From the NCBI GenBank assembly GCA_963703905.1, contig CAVPFY010000007.1, forward strand, positions 334,374 to 398,373: a stretch of DNA of 64,000 bases. Direction: 5' to 3'. Position 1 is the first letter of the stretch. Each line of letters starts with the position of its first letter. Positions 18,408-26,440 of the stretch are shown here, piece by piece. Source of the stretch: an uncultured Chloroflexia bacterium (GTDB lineage Bacteria > Chloroflexota > Dehalococcoidia > DSTF01 > WHTK01). The notes under the pieces were generated by a model. It was given only the letters and a program-made list of their open reading frames with translations, did not search any database and had not been told where the DNA came from. Both the position numbers and the translations under genes were made by a program.

Positions 18408-19801
18408 CTAGCGACCAGCGACCCTCCCCAGCCCGTCGTACGCCGCGTACTTGTACACGTCCGACAGCGTCGGGAAGTTGAAGACGTTGTCGATGAAGTA
18501 GTCGATGGTGCCGTGGTAGTACATGACGGCCTGGCCGGTGTGCACCAGCTCCGAGGCGCCGAGGCCGATGATGTGCACGCCGAGAAGCTCCAGGCTGCCG
18601 CGGTCGAAGACGAGCTTGACCATGCCGCCGGTGTCGCCGGCGATCTGGCCGCGGGCGTTCGCGGCGTAGAAGCCGCGCCCGCTGGCGACGTCACGGCCGG
18701 CGGCGCGGGCCTCCTCTTCGCTCAAGCCAACTTTCGAGACCTCCGGGATCGTGTAGACCGCGTAGGGAAGGAGGCTCGAGACTTCTGTCTTGTACTCGAA
18801 GCCGAAAGCGTGGCAGACGGCCACGCGCCCCTGCTCCATCGACGTGTTGGCGAGCGCCGGGAAGCCGATGACGTCGCCGGCGGCCATGATGTGGGGCACG
18901 GCGGTCTGGAAGCGCTCGTTGACCTTGATTCGGCCCTTCGCGTCGGTCTCGATCGCCCAGGCGGTCGAGGCCGAGGTCCTCTGTGTTCCCCAGGCGGCCG
19001 CCCGTGAACAGCAGCGCCTCGGCCGTCAGCTCGACGCCGTCCGCCAGGAGGACGCGCACGTCGCCGCCTGCCTGCTCGATCCTGGCAGTCGAGGCGTTGA
19101 GCCGCAGGTCAAGGCCGGCCTCGGCGAAGCGCGTCTCGAGCAGCGACGCTACCTCATCGTCGAGGAAGGGCAGCAGCGCCTTGTCGCGGTCGATCAGCGT
19201 CACCTTGATGCCCAGCGCCTGAAACAGCGACGCGTACTCGCAGCCGACGACGCCGCCACCAACGACGACCAGCGTCTTCGGCAGGCGGCTCAGGCCCAGG
19301 ACGCCGTCGCTGTCGAAGATGCACTCGCCGAAGGGCACCTCCGGCGGGCGCATGGGCCGCGAGCCCGTCGCGATCAGGATGTAGTCGGCGGCTAGTCCGG
19401 TCGATGCCGCCGTCCTTCAAGCGCACTTCTACCGTATGGGCGTCGCGATGGAGGCGGCGCCTTCGACGTAGTCGATGCCGTGGCGGCGGATGTTGTCCGA
19501 GACCAGCGCTCGATAGGTGTCGACCACCTCGCGCTGGCGGAAGAACAGCTCGTCGCGGCGTCAGCTCCTGGTCGAAGGTCGAATGCAGGCCGTAGGGGTC
19601 GCGGCGGCGCAGGCCGGCGACGTGGACGGCGGTCTCGCGCAGCACCTTGCTCGGCAGCGTGCCGGTGTTCGTGGCCGAGCCGCCGACCTCGCCGGCCTCG
19701 ACGATGGCGACGCGCTTGCCGAAGTACGCGGCCTGGGCCGCGCCCTTCTCGCCGGCCGGCCCGGAGCCGATGACGACGAGGTCGTAGCGTTCGGTGTTCA
19801 C
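18408..19801 (-). pseudogene. sthA: Si-specific NAD(P)+ transhydrogenase-like flavoprotein, at least four frameshifts
   Basis: The N-terminus is YDLVVIGSGPAGEKGA...GGSATNTGTLPSK. The C-terminus is MAAGDVIGFPALA...NFPTLSDVYKYAAYDGL, which resembles E. coli SthA. Frame breaks lie near 19550, 19447, 19397 and 18958. Confidence 0.75.
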
Positions 19802-19916
19802 CCGTCCATCGAAGCAGGGTTAGCGCCGCAGGTCTAGTGCCGCTTTTTTGGGTGTTCCTGCAGACCAAGCGGTGGTGGAGGGTATGCCGCCGCGTAACTG
19901 GGACGCCGGCATCTGT

Positions 19917-20362
19917 CTGTCATTCCGACGCCCGCTTGTCTGTCATTCCGACGTGAGAAGGAATCCCGATGCCTCGCCTCCAACCGCCACAGGCGCTGCC
20001 TTCAGAATCGCGGGCTTGAGCCGAGGCCAGCTTTGCCTGTCATTCCGACGCTGCTTTCTGTCATTCCGACGTGAGGAGGAATCCCGATGCCTCGCCTCCA
20101 ACCGCCACAAGGCGCTGCCTTCAGAATCGCGGGCTTGAGCCGACGCCCGTCCTCTGTCATTCCGACGTGAGGAGGAATCCCCGATGCCGGGCCTCCAACC
20201 GCTACAAGGCGCTGCCTTCAGAATCGCGAGCTTGAGCCGACGCCCGTCCTCTGTCATTCCGACGTGAGGAGGAATCCCGGGCGCCTGGCCCCAACCGCCA
20301 CAAGGCGCTGCCTTCAGAATCGCAGGCTTGAACCGGGATTCCTCCTGGCGTCGGAATGACAG
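19917..20362. repeat. tandem array (about 4 units of ~90-120 bp) of a MITE-like element with TIR ctgtcattccgacgtgaggaggaatcccgg
   Basis: Units start near 19939, 20059, 20153 and 20241. Each carries the left TIR plus a conserved core ccaaccgccacaaggcgctgccttcagaatcgcgggcttgagcc. Only the last unit ends with the inverted TIR ccgggattcctcctggcgtcggaatgacag. Confidence 0.85.
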
Positions 20363-20420
20363 AAAGGACGGATGGTCCATTTCGGAATGAGAGAAATGCA
20401 ATCCAAATCGATGGTGTCTC

Positions 20421-20448
20421 TTGACTATTCCCGTCCGCGCCCTAAGAT
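20421..20448 (+). promoter_or_regulatory. candidate promoter TTGACT-N16-TAAGAT for ACAD paralog 4
   Basis: ttgactattcccgtccgcgccctaagat lies about 48 nt upstream of the ATG at 20496. A GAGGAG RBS follows. Confidence 0.45.
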
Positions 20449-20495
20449 CGACCACACAACGTTGACGTGCGCGTAAGAGTTGAATCGAGGAGCAC

Positions 20496-21704
20496 ATGCC
20501 CCAATTTACCGACACCGTTGAAGAGGCCGCGTTCAGGCAGGACGTGCGCAGTTTCATCGCGAACGAGTGCCCTGAGCCCCTGAAGAACATCAACCGCCGC
20601 ATGGGCGGCGGCATGGGCATGGCCTTCGGCGCCCCCGAGTTCGCCGAGGCGATGAAGACCTGGCGCCAGCGCCTGGCCACGCGCGGCTGGATCGCGCCGG
20701 CCTGGCCGAAAGAGTACGGCGGCGCCGGCATGACCTACATCGAGCAGTTCATCTTCAACATGGAGCTGGCTGAAGCCCGGGTGCCCCCGGGCAGCGGCGG
20801 CATCGCCATCGGCATGGCCGGCCCGACGATCATCGTCCACGGCACCGAGGATCAACAGAAGGACAACCTGCCCGGAATCCTCTCCGGCGAGGTCAACTGG
20901 TGCCAGCTCTGGTCGGAGCCGGGGGCGGGCTCGGACCTGGCGTCGCTGCAGACGCGCGCCACCAAAGACGGCGATGACTACGTGATCAACGGCCAGAAGA
21001 TCTGGACGTCGGGCGCCCAGACGGCGCATCGCGGCATCATGCTCGCGCGCACCAACCCGGACGCGCCCAAGCATCGCGGCATCACCTTCTTCATCCTGGA
21101 CATGAAGACGCCCGGCATCACGGTTTCGCCGCTGACCCAGATGACCGGCCAGCAGGGCTTCAACCAGGTCTTCTTCGACAACGTCCGCGTGCCCTCCAAG
21201 AACGTGGTCGGCGAAGTGGACCGCGGCTGGTACGTGAACACGACGACGCTGGACTTCGAGCGCTCTTCGATAGGCCAGAACGTCGGCACCAAGCACACCG
21301 TGCGCGACCTGGTCGCCTGGTCGAACGAGGCGTTGAAGGACGGCACCAGCATGATCAAGCGCAACCCGCTGGTCCGGCTGGAGCTGTCCGATCGCATGGT
21401 GGAGGCGCAGGTCGCGCTGATGCTCTCGTTCCGCGTGGCGGACATGCAGAACCGCGGCATGATCCCCAACCACGAGGCTTCGATGGGCAAGATGTTCTCG
21501 ACCGAGCTCAGCCAGCGCGTCGCCAAGACCGAGATGAAGCTGATCGGTCTGTACGGCACGCTGATGGGCGGCCCCTACTCGCCGCGCAACGGCGGCATCT
21601 CCCGCGGCTACCTGGCTTCCGTCTCGGCGACCATCGCCGGCGGCACCAGCGAGATCCAGCGCAATATCCTCGCCCAGCGCGGCCTGGGGCTGCCGAGGGA
21701 CTAA
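20496..21704 (+). CDS. acyl-CoA dehydrogenase family protein, paralog 4
   Basis: Intact 402 aa with the same conserved blocks as the other paralogs. It ends AGGTSEIQRNILAQRGLGLPRD. Confidence 0.9.
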   Translation: MPQFTDTVEEAAFRQDVRSFIANECPEPLKNINRRMGGGMGMAFGAPEFAEAMKTWRQRLATRGWIAPAWPKEYGGAGMTYIEQFIFNMELAEARVPPGSGGIAIGMAGPTIIVHGTEDQQKDNLPGILSGEVNWCQLWSEPGAGSDLASLQTRATKDGDDYVINGQKIWTSGAQTAHRGIMLARTNPDAPKHRGITFFILDMKTPGITVSPLTQMTGQQGFNQVFFDNVRVPSKNVVGEVDRGWYVNTTTLDFERSSIGQNVGTKHTVRDLVAWSNEALKDGTSMIKRNPLVRLELSDRMVEAQVALMLSFRVADMQNRGMIPNHEASMGKMFSTELSQRVAKTEMKLIGLYGTLMGGPYSPRNGGISRGYLASVSATIAGGTSEIQRNILAQRGLGLPRD

Positions 21705-21706
21705 AT

Positions 21707-21746
21707 AGCTTTCAGCTTTCAGCTTTCGGCTTGTCAGCCGTCAGCC
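21707..21746 (+). repeat. heptamer tandem repeats (agctttc x3, then ggcttgtc agccgtc agcc) just after the ACAD stop
   Basis: Read directly, starting 3 nt after the TAA at 21702..21704. Confidence 0.75.
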
Positions 21747-21768
21747 AGAGGCGAAATAAGGCGTATTT

Positions 21769-21799
21769 GTAGGGCCAGGCCTTGGAGCCTGGCCCTAAC
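21769..21799. repeat. REP-like hairpin (11-bp stem, 6-nt loop)
   Basis: tagggccaggc-cttgga-gcctggcccta has the same stem/loop architecture and gtagg...cctac ends as the 15920 elements. Confidence 0.6.
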
Positions 21800-21908
21800 C
21801 TATGAGAGCGACTAGAGACTGAGATGGCAGGACCGCGCGTGGAAGTGAAGTATCAGCTCCCGGACCCGGCCTATCGAGGTCTACACCTGGATCCTCCAGG
21901 ATGAGCAC

Positions 21909-23354
21909 ATGCAGGGGGTCCCGCCGCAGCTGATGTGGGACGGAGGCTTCTTCGCGACGCGGCCCCCCAAAGATGGCGAAGTGCCGATGATGGTGCAGGT
22001 CCACGGCTTCACCTATTCCCGCCCCGAAAGCAGCGGCCAGAACCCTTTCGGCAGCGTTGAGGCGCCGACGACGGTCGAGGACCTGACCAGGTGGCGCCAG
22101 GAGTGGCTGCCGCAGGTCGACGCCTTTGTCGAAGCCCTGGAGGGTTTTGACCCGGCATCGGTCGAGGCCGGCTCCTGGACTTCGACGCTTCGCGCCCAGG
22201 ACCGCGAGATGGGGCGCGTGTTCAGCGGTGTGCATCTGAACACGGTAATGAACGGTTACATGGCCGTCGAGGCGTTCACGAAGGCGTATGTCGCCCGCTT
22301 TGGCGAAGAGGCGCGACCGGAGACGATGCAGCTATTGCAGGGCTTCCCTAACCTCTCGCTGGAGCGCACGGCGGCGCTCTGGGACCTCAGCCGCATAGCC
22401 CGCGGCGACGAAGCGCTCCTGACGGCGCTCGCAAGCGGGACCGGGATTCCCGATTCTGCTGCCGGCCGCGAGTTCCGTGCCGGGCTGGCGTCGATGATGG
22501 ATCGCTTCGGCTACACGACGAACATCGGCGGGGCCCATCTGCCTTGCTGGAGCGATGACCCGTCGATCGCCCTGGCCCTGATCGCGTCCTACATCCGTTT
22601 GCCGGACGAGCGCGGGCCCCGCGCCGCGGCGGAGGAGCAGCGGCGGGCGCGGGTGGCCCTGGAAGACAAGCTCAAGGCGGCCGCGGGCGAAGACTCAGAG
22701 ATACCGCGCCTCCTGCAGATGGCACAGCAGTACCTGCCAAATCTCGAAGACCACAACCTGCTTTGCGACCAGCGGATCGGCACGGCGATGCGCCGCCGCT
22801 GGAAGAGCGTTGGCCGGTACCTGATGGCGCGCGGCCTCGCGGCGGATGAAGACGTCTTCTTCTACCGGCGCGCCGAGCTGCTGGCGACCCTCGAAGGCAG
22901 CGACCTGCTGCCACAATCTACGGTCGCCGAGAGGCGGGCGCTGATCGCCGCCGTGGCCGCGAGCCCGCCACCGGCCCGGTTGGGGAAGGCCGATTCGAAG
23001 GACGGCGACGGCGCGCCGGGCTCGGGCGCGGTGATCGCGATCAAGGGCATCGGCGCATCACGTGGCGTCTACACCGGCCGCGCGCGGATCATCGAGACCC
23101 TGGACGACGCCTGGCAGCTGGAGGAGGGCGACGTGCTGGTCTGCCGCATGACTGCACCGCCCTGGACGCCGCTATTCGCGACGATTGGCGCCCTGGTCGC
23201 GAATACGGGCGGTATGCTCGGCCACGGGGCCGTGGTCGCGCGCGAATTCGGCATCCCGGCAGTCACGGGCACCGTCAACGGCACCGCCATGATCCCCGAG
23301 GGCGCGACCGTGACCGTGGACGGCACGAATGGCGTCGTCACGGTGCAAGCCTGA
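21909..23354 (+). CDS. PEP-utilizing enzyme mobile (swivel phosphohistidine) domain protein with an uncharacterised N-terminal region
   Basis: The C-terminus is GASRGVYTGRARII...GDVLVCRMTAPPWTPLF...TGGMLGHGAVVAREFGIPAV. The gene probably starts at the ATG at 21824, with a frame break near 21870 (MAGPRVEVKYQLPDPA / IEVYTWILQDEH). Confidence 0.7.
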   Translation: MQGVPPQLMWDGGFFATRPPKDGEVPMMVQVHGFTYSRPESSGQNPFGSVEAPTTVEDLTRWRQEWLPQVDAFVEALEGFDPASVEAGSWTSTLRAQDREMGRVFSGVHLNTVMNGYMAVEAFTKAYVARFGEEARPETMQLLQGFPNLSLERTAALWDLSRIARGDEALLTALASGTGIPDSAAGREFRAGLASMMDRFGYTTNIGGAHLPCWSDDPSIALALIASYIRLPDERGPRAAAEEQRRARVALEDKLKAAAGEDSEIPRLLQMAQQYLPNLEDHNLLCDQRIGTAMRRRWKSVGRYLMARGLAADEDVFFYRRAELLATLEGSDLLPQSTVAERRALIAAVAASPPPARLGKADSKDGDGAPGSGAVIAIKGIGASRGVYTGRARIIETLDDAWQLEEGDVLVCRMTAPPWTPLFATIGALVANTGGMLGHGAVVAREFGIPAVTGTVNGTAMIPEGATVTVDGTNGVVTVQA

Positions 23355-23435
23355 GTCCGGAAGACCGGCGCGGACAGGGCCGCCCGCGCCGTCCACTCAG
23401 GCGAGGATTAAAATGCCCGCTGTGTGCTAATGTGA

Positions 23436-23542
23436 AGGCAGGTGGGGAGTAGCCTGTCCTTCTCCGGAAGGACGCCTCCGGTCGTCAATCCGGCCCTCGC
23501 GAAGAGGGCCCGGTCGGTAGGACTGACAAGGCGAGACCACTA
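23436..23542 (+). promoter_or_regulatory. yybP-ykoY (manganese) riboswitch aptamer
   Basis: The sequence contains GGGGAGUAGC, GUCGUCAAUCCG, a GGCCCUCGCGAAGAGGGCC hairpin, CUGACAAGG and GAGACC, in the same order as the B. subtilis yybP leader. A P1 stem (GUGG/CCAC) is present, and the element lies directly upstream of a TerC gene. Confidence 0.85.
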
Positions 23543-23572
23543 CGACGCAAGCCGTAGGGTTTCGCCTTTTTC
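23530..23572 (+). terminator. riboswitch expression-platform terminator
   Basis: The hairpin ggcga...ctacg-acgcaagc-cgtag...tcgcc is followed by TTTTT. Its 5' arm overlaps the aptamer 3' strand. Confidence 0.65.
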
Positions 23573-23602
23573 TGTGCCCTACGTTGATGACAGGGGAGAT
23601 GA

Positions 23603-24562
23603 ATGGATAACGGAGTAGACGCGAGCATCTGGGCCTGGATCGGCTTCAACGCGGTTGTCTTCGCTCTGCTGATCCTGGATCTGGGCGTGTTCCACCGCCA
23701 GGCCCACGCCATTTCGGTCAAGGAAGCCGCCCTCTGGACGGTGGTGTGGGTCTCTCTGGCGCTGATATTCAACGCCGGCATATTTGTCGTCTCCGGCAGC
23801 GAGCCGGGGCTGGCATTCCTCACCGGCTACCTGATCGAGCTGTCGCTCAGCGTCGACAACATCTTCGTCTTTGTGCTGCTGTTCTCTTATTTCGCCGTGC
23901 CGGCGGCTTACCAGCACCGCGTGCTGTTCTGGGGCATCCTCGGCGTCATCGTGATGCGCGGCGCGATGATCGCCGCCGGCTCCGCGCTGCTGCATGAACT
24001 CGAATGGATCGTCTACATCTTCGGCGTGGTGCTGGTCTTCAGCGCCATCCGCATGGCGACGCAGGGGGCCCGCCACGGCGATCCTTCCAGAAACCTTGCC
24101 GTCCGCCTCGTAAAGCGACTGATTCCCGTCACCGACAGCTACGAAGGCTCGAAGTTCTTCGTGCGCCGCAATAGCGTCCTAATGGCGACGCCCCTGCTTG
24201 TCGTGCTTGCGGCCGTCGAGACTACGGACCTGATCTTCGCGATCGACTCCATCCCGGCGATCTTCGCGATCACCAGGGACCCGTTTTTGGTCTACACCTC
24301 CAACCTCTGCGCCGTTATGGGCCTGCGGTCGATGTACTTCCTGCTGGCCGGCGTGGTCGAGAAGTTCCACTACCTGCAGATCGGTCTCGCGACGGTGCTG
24401 GCATTCGTGGGCACGAAGATGCTGCTGGCCGACGTCTACGAGGTGCCGGTCGAGCTGTCGCTAATCGTGATCGCGATCGTGTTGAGCATCGCCGTCCTCG
24501 CCTCGATCGCCTTTCCTCCGGCACGCGACCTGGAATTGGTTGCAGAGGACGTCAGGCAGTAG
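23603..24562 (+). CDS. TerC/Alx family integral membrane protein (putative Mn exporter)
   Basis: The 319-aa protein has multiple TM helices and the TerC-type repeats ELSLSVDNIFVF and TDLIFAIDSIPAIFAIT. A GGGGAG RBS is present. Confidence 0.85.
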   Translation: MDNGVDASIWAWIGFNAVVFALLILDLGVFHRQAHAISVKEAALWTVVWVSLALIFNAGIFVVSGSEPGLAFLTGYLIELSLSVDNIFVFVLLFSYFAVPAAYQHRVLFWGILGVIVMRGAMIAAGSALLHELEWIVYIFGVVLVFSAIRMATQGARHGDPSRNLAVRLVKRLIPVTDSYEGSKFFVRRNSVLMATPLLVVLAAVETTDLIFAIDSIPAIFAITRDPFLVYTSNLCAVMGLRSMYFLLAGVVEKFHYLQIGLATVLAFVGTKMLLADVYEVPVELSLIVIAIVLSIAVLASIAFPPARDLELVAEDVRQ

Positions 24563-24593
24563 GCGCTGGGGCCAGTCGGGCGGTTCGGCGGCC

Positions 24594-25121
24594 ATGGTTT
24601 ATCCTGCGGCCATGAACGCGTCAGAAGCCTTCCTCGTCGTCCTGCGAGACAGTCACGCCATGCTGCAAACCGCCATGCGTGACATGCCTTCGGCCATGGC
24701 CTGGAAGCAGGCGCCCGGCAGCGCCAACCCCATTGGAGCGATCTACGCTCACGCCGTCGGCGTCGAGGATCTCTACATTCAGCAGATCATTCAGGCAGAC
24801 AAGCCGCTGATCTGGGAGGCCGGCGGCTGGTCAACGAAGCTCGGTCGCGCGACTTCTCCCAACCTCTGGGAGGGCGCGGAGGCGCGGCCGATCAACCTCG
24901 ACGACTTCGTGGCGTACCGGCGCGCCGTGTACTCGGCGAGCGAGCTCTACATCGCGGGCCTCGCCGACGGTGCATTCGACGAAGCGATCCCGTTCCCGGG
25001 GCGGGACTGGAGCATGACGCGCGCGCAGCTGCTGGCCCTCGTCGTGTCGCACGGCACCGGCCACGCGGGCGAGATCGCGGCGCTGAGGGGCGTCTTCGGC
25101 GATAAGGGACTGCCGTTTTAG
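24594..25121 (+). CDS. DinB-family protein
   Basis: The four-helix-bundle pattern has conserved His positions (IYAHAVGVEDLY ... VVSHGTGHAGEIAALRG). The start is at 24594 or 24612. Confidence 0.55.
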   Translation: MVYPAAMNASEAFLVVLRDSHAMLQTAMRDMPSAMAWKQAPGSANPIGAIYAHAVGVEDLYIQQIIQADKPLIWEAGGWSTKLGRATSPNLWEGAEARPINLDDFVAYRRAVYSASELYIAGLADGAFDEAIPFPGRDWSMTRAQLLALVVSHGTGHAGEIAALRGVFGDKGLPF

Positions 25122-25184
25122 CGCAGTCGGGCAATCGGGCAGTGGCAGTCGAGCCATCCGAGTCGGGCAGTCGGGCAGTCCGGA
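25122..25184 (+). repeat. octamer tandem repeats (cagtcggg family)
   Basis: cgcagtcggg caatcggg cag...gagtcggg cagtcggg cagtccgg, starting right after the stop at 25119..25121. Confidence 0.7.
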
Positions 25185-25201
25185 TCCGGACTGCCCGACT
25201 G
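25168..25201. terminator. perfect 17+17 bp palindrome between convergent genes (bidirectional terminator candidate)
   Basis: cagtcgggcagtccgga|tccggactgcccgactg. Confidence 0.5.
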
Positions 25202-25215
25202 CGCGACTGCATACC

Positions 25216-25470
25216 TCAAGCCTTTTCCTTGGTGGCCTGAAACTCGGGCGAGGCCAGTACTTCGTCCAGCTCAGGCCTTGCGTAAAACCAGCCCGGCCGG
25301 GGGTCCGCCCGGTAGCGCCGGCCGAAGCCATACTGCTCCGCGACCGCCGGCAGGCGCCGAGGCTCGATGCCGAGGTAGGCGGCTGCTTCTTCGGCGACCA
25401 GCAGGTCCTTGGGGGTTATCTCTTCCCTTCGATGCCCCGGAAATGCGTCTTCGACTGCGTTAGCCTTCAT
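25216..25470 (-). CDS. small helix-turn-helix (excisionase/MerR-like HTH_17) protein
   Basis: ITPKDLLVAEEAAAYLGIEPRRLPAVAEQ is an HTH_17-like signature. The 84-aa reading starts at the ATG at 25470; the longer ORF-track version has a non-coding-looking N-terminus. Confidence 0.45.
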   Translation of the reverse strand: MKANAVEDAFPGHRREEITPKDLLVAEEAAAYLGIEPRRLPAVAEQYGFGRRYRADPRPGWFYARPELDEVLASPEFQATKEKA

Positions 25471-25573
25471 TCCCTCATCATGCCTGACCCGCCGTCGAGG
25501 GTAAATTCGGGCGCCGTCTGGAGAAGTCTTCCGTAAGCCTCGCGACGGATGGAGGGCTAGCGCCGCTGCCCGG

Positions 25574-25819
25574 TTATTGGTCGTCCTCTCGCCGCTTCTC
25601 CTCAGCCTCCATGGCCGCCTTGCGCTCGTCGGAGTCCATTGGCAGCTCCGCGCCCGCGAACGCGGAGGAGGAGTCCAGCCCCACGTCTTCCTCAAGCTCC
25701 TCGACGGCGTCTCCCCTGTGGCCACGGCCCGAGAAGCTGTGGCGGATCCGGTCCTGGGTGCTGGACCAAACCTCTCCCTGGTGCGGTTTCGGTGCTGGCG
25801 GTTTGTTTTCGGAAGTCAT
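25574..25819 (-). CDS. hypothetical acidic protein (81 aa)
   Basis: An AAGGAG RBS lies 8 nt upstream of the ATG at 25819. No recognisable domain. Confidence 0.45.
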   Translation of the reverse strand: MTSENKPPAPKPHQGEVWSSTQDRIRHSFSGRGHRGDAVEELEEDVGLDSSSAFAGAELPMDSDERKAAMEAEEKRREDDQ

Positions 25820-25980
25820 TTCCCGGACTCCTTTCAGCCGCGAGCTCACATGAGCCTGCTGCGGCCGTGTCTGCCGGCCGGCTTCTTCCAGTATCACCAT
25901 AGCCTGAGCAGTGGTCGCCGGTTGCCTTTCAGTCCGCTTCGGGGCGGGCCGATATGCGATTGAAAGGTCTGGAGCCGCGG

Positions 25981-26412
25981 TTACGCCAAAATGGTCTGCA
26001 GGATGTCGAACATCTTGCCCCAGCCATCCCTGGCCGGCGCCTCGCCGGCGGGGAGGACGCCTTCCTGGGTTAGCGTCAGGACGCAGCCGTCTCCGTCCTG
26101 CACGATCTCGACGATGACGCGGTTGAAGTCCGGCGAGAACTGGGGCATGCCGAACGTGAACACCAGGCGGCGCGGCCGGTCGACTTCGAGGAAGACGCCG
26201 CTGCCCGTGTAATCGGTGCCGTCGCGCCTGTCAGTGATGGTCCAGGAGCCGCCGACGCGGGCATCGATTGCGGTACTGTTCGCCTCGCTGGTGGTGGAGG
26301 TGAAGAGCCATTTACAGGCAACCCTGGGGTCGACCCAGGCGTCGAAGACGCGCTCAGCCGAGGCCGCGAAGCGACGCGTAATCCGCACGGAGTTGGGTGT
26401 TTCGGCCGTCAC
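25981..26412 (-). CDS. SRPBCC / AHSA1 (Aha1-like) domain protein
   Basis: ITRRFAASAERVFDAWVDP...WL...GGSW is typical of the AHSA1/SRPBCC family that co-occurs with ArsR. Confidence 0.75.
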   Translation of the reverse strand: MTAETPNSVRITRRFAASAERVFDAWVDPRVACKWLFTSTTSEANSTAIDARVGGSWTITDRRDGTDYTGSGVFLEVDRPRRLVFTFGMPQFSPDFNRVIVEIVQDGDGCVLTLTQEGVLPAGEAPARDGWGKMFDILQTILA

Positions 26413-26440
26413 TGCGGGGTCGCGCTCTCCAGGCCTGCCC

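Noticed and set aside
18308-18694. N-terminal 129-aa extension of ORF 17420..18694, and similar extensions of fabD (41397..41555), ACAD paralog 3 (14449..14658), the methyltransferase (42259..42492) and the YqeC-like gene (48363..48422).
   Set aside because: The extensions are Ser/Thr/Arg/Pro-rich, overlap neighbouring genes, and precede internal Met codons at which family homology starts.
19917-20362. Possible CRISPR array, because of a regularly spaced 26-30 bp repeat.
   Set aside because: The segments between the repeats are themselves conserved from unit to unit. The repeat count is small, the array ends in an inverted copy, and no cas genes are present. A tandem MITE-like array explains it better.
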